Part shown: positions 63,211 through 64,000 of the stretch, in pieces
Numbering within the stretch: the stretch's first letter is position 1
Layout of the letters: the number at the start of each line of letters is the position of its first letter
Assembly (NCBI GenBank): GCA_965217585.1
Contig: OZ244561.1
Location: forward strand, 882,888 to 946,887
Direction of reading: 5' to 3'
DNA length: 64,000 bases
From: Candidatus Latescibacterota bacterium
Lineage (GTDB): Bacteria; Latescibacterota; UBA2968; UBA8231
The notes under the pieces: generated by a model
What the model saw: the letters and a program-made list of their open reading frames with translations, nothing else
Database searches by the model: none
What the model was told of the DNA's origin: nothing
Made by a program: the position numbers and the translations under genes

Positions 63211-64000
63211 TCACCCTGCCCCTCTCGCCCCAGCGTCGAGGGCGCGCACTGCAGCAATGGCCTCGGCAATCCACCTGAGATTGCGCCGGGAAATCATACC
63301 GTAGTTGTAATACGAGAACCGACGCGCCCCCGTTTCGTAAACCGCAGTGATGATATCTCGCATCTGTTCGGCGCTGTCTATGGGATTGTGGCCGTTCAGG
63401 CCGCAGATCAACATGGACGGATCATCCATGTCGGCTAGGGTCTCCTGCGCCCTTTGGCCGGCCTCCTCTGGCGAGCCGCTGTAGCACAAGACATTGACCT
63501 GATCGACGATCTTTTCGATGGGTTTGCGGTCGATGCCGTTGTTGTAATAATTGCCCATGTATAAAAAGGAAACGGGCATTTTTACGGCCTCTTTCACCTC
63601 CGCGGCCAGCGACGTCACAGTATCCGCGCGCGTCTTTACGTATTCGTGCACCAAAGGCTCGTCGGCGACAAATTCTTCCACGCTGCGCTCCGGCGGCCCC
63701 TCCTCGAAAATGTCCAAAAGCCATTTTTCCACCTTGCTCTTCAACTCCCCCACATCCATACCCCGACCCTCGGCCCGCTGCGTACACCCAGCGCAAAAAC
63801 ACAGCGACATCAACAGCGAGCCTACCTCTCCCAAATCGACCCCCACCTTGGCGTGGTTGCGGAACATGCCAAAGCCCATGTAGTGGAGGGACTCGTACTC
63901 GATCATCTGCACATCGCAGTTGGTGGCCAAGTCCAAGCTCAAGCCGCGTACGTACTCTCGCACCTCGGGATTGGCCGGGCACAGACAGCCCGGATAGCGG
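63211..64000 (-). CDS. Hypothetical protein, 5' end beyond the right edge (possibly a TIM-barrel glycoside-hydrolase-like protein)
   Basis: The frame stays open upstream of the ORF-track GTG (63963) to the window edge: ...RYPGCLCPANPEVREYVRGLSLDL... The CP-NPEVR-Y motif recalls GH-like TIM barrels, but this is only a weak recollection. Confidence 0.5.
   Translation of the reverse strand, partial: RYPGCLCPANPEVREYVRGLSLDLATNCDVQMIEYESLHYMGFGMFRNHAKVGVDLGEVGSLLMSLCFCAGCTQRAEGRGMDVGELKSKVEKWLLDIFEEGPPERSVEEFVADEPLVHEYVKTRADTVTSLAAEVKEAVKMPVSFLYMGNYYNNGIDRKPIEKIVDQVNVLCYSGSPEEAGQRAQETLADMDDPSMLICGLNGHNPIDSAEQMRDIITAVYETGARRFSYYNYGMISRRNLRWIAEAIAAVRALDAGARGAG

Noticed and set aside
1-64000. CRISPR arrays, tRNA/rRNA genes, transposase/IS elements and prophage genes
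   Set aside because: Reading the intergenic regions, I saw no regularly spaced direct repeats, no cloverleaf-like or rRNA-like sequences, and no integrase, transposase or phage structural genes. This was a visual scan only, so small ncRNAs could have been missed.

Overview
A 64-kb, high-GC segment from a diderm bacterium, judged from lipobox lipoproteins, a TonB-dependent receptor and C-terminal-Phe outer-membrane proteins. The lineage looks uncultured or environmental, but I cannot assign taxonomy. I found no rRNA, tRNA or CRISPR array. All family names come from reading motifs in the translations; no searches were run.

(1) 1-11.5 kb is a minus-strand defence island.
- The first operon runs ABC-type ATPase -> 159-aa PD-(D/E)xK-like protein -> DUF1156 N6/N4 DNA methyltransferase -> MNT nucleotidyltransferase -> HEPN. 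Every junction in this chain overlaps. A UPF0175 antitoxin follows.
- An oppositely oriented Rpn-family nuclease gene comes next.
- A second operon follows it: HEPN-DUF499 ATPase -> SF2 helicase, which runs off the left edge.
- The two operons carry near-identical sigma70-like promoter/operator sequences.
- The ATPase + small nuclease pair coupled to the methylase is my best candidate for an undescribed system.

(2) 11.6-22.6 kb holds envelope and housekeeping genes: two SurA-like PPIase lipoproteins flanking a fused MFS/spermidine synthase, an aldo-keto reductase, a CRTAC1/FG-GAP protein, a pentapeptide-repeat membrane protein and a TPR protein.

(3) 22.7-35 kb is a sugar modification/catabolism cluster: a DegT aminotransferase, an isochorismatase, tandem NodB deacetylases, TIM-barrel isomerase, tandem alpha/beta hydrolase, two PhyH dioxygenases (one fused to HEAT repeats), a UxuA-like dehydratase and an HpcH aldolase.

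(4) 35.1-36.9 kb holds decayed genes: a frameshifted PIN toxin, a broken lipoprotein and a propeller fragment.

(5) 36.9-51.5 kb is a long minus-strand operon: HAD hydrolase, two copies of [about 650-aa polytopic membrane protein + Gfo/Idh/MocA oxidoreductase], a giant outer-membrane protein with a Ca-binding-type repeat, and an M28/PA-FtsX fusion with no ABC ATPase. This is a second candidate for uncharacterised biology.

(6) 51.6-64 kb encodes a retropepsin-like protease, a TonB-dependent receptor, an outer-membrane protein, MsrP, a NupC transporter, a SnoaL-LamG protein coupled to a PQQ dehydrogenase, and a partial gene at the right edge.

Small repeats were also seen: two 28-bp REP-like palindromes, a 21-bp perfect direct repeat 27.6 kb apart, and a 14-bp inverted repeat.
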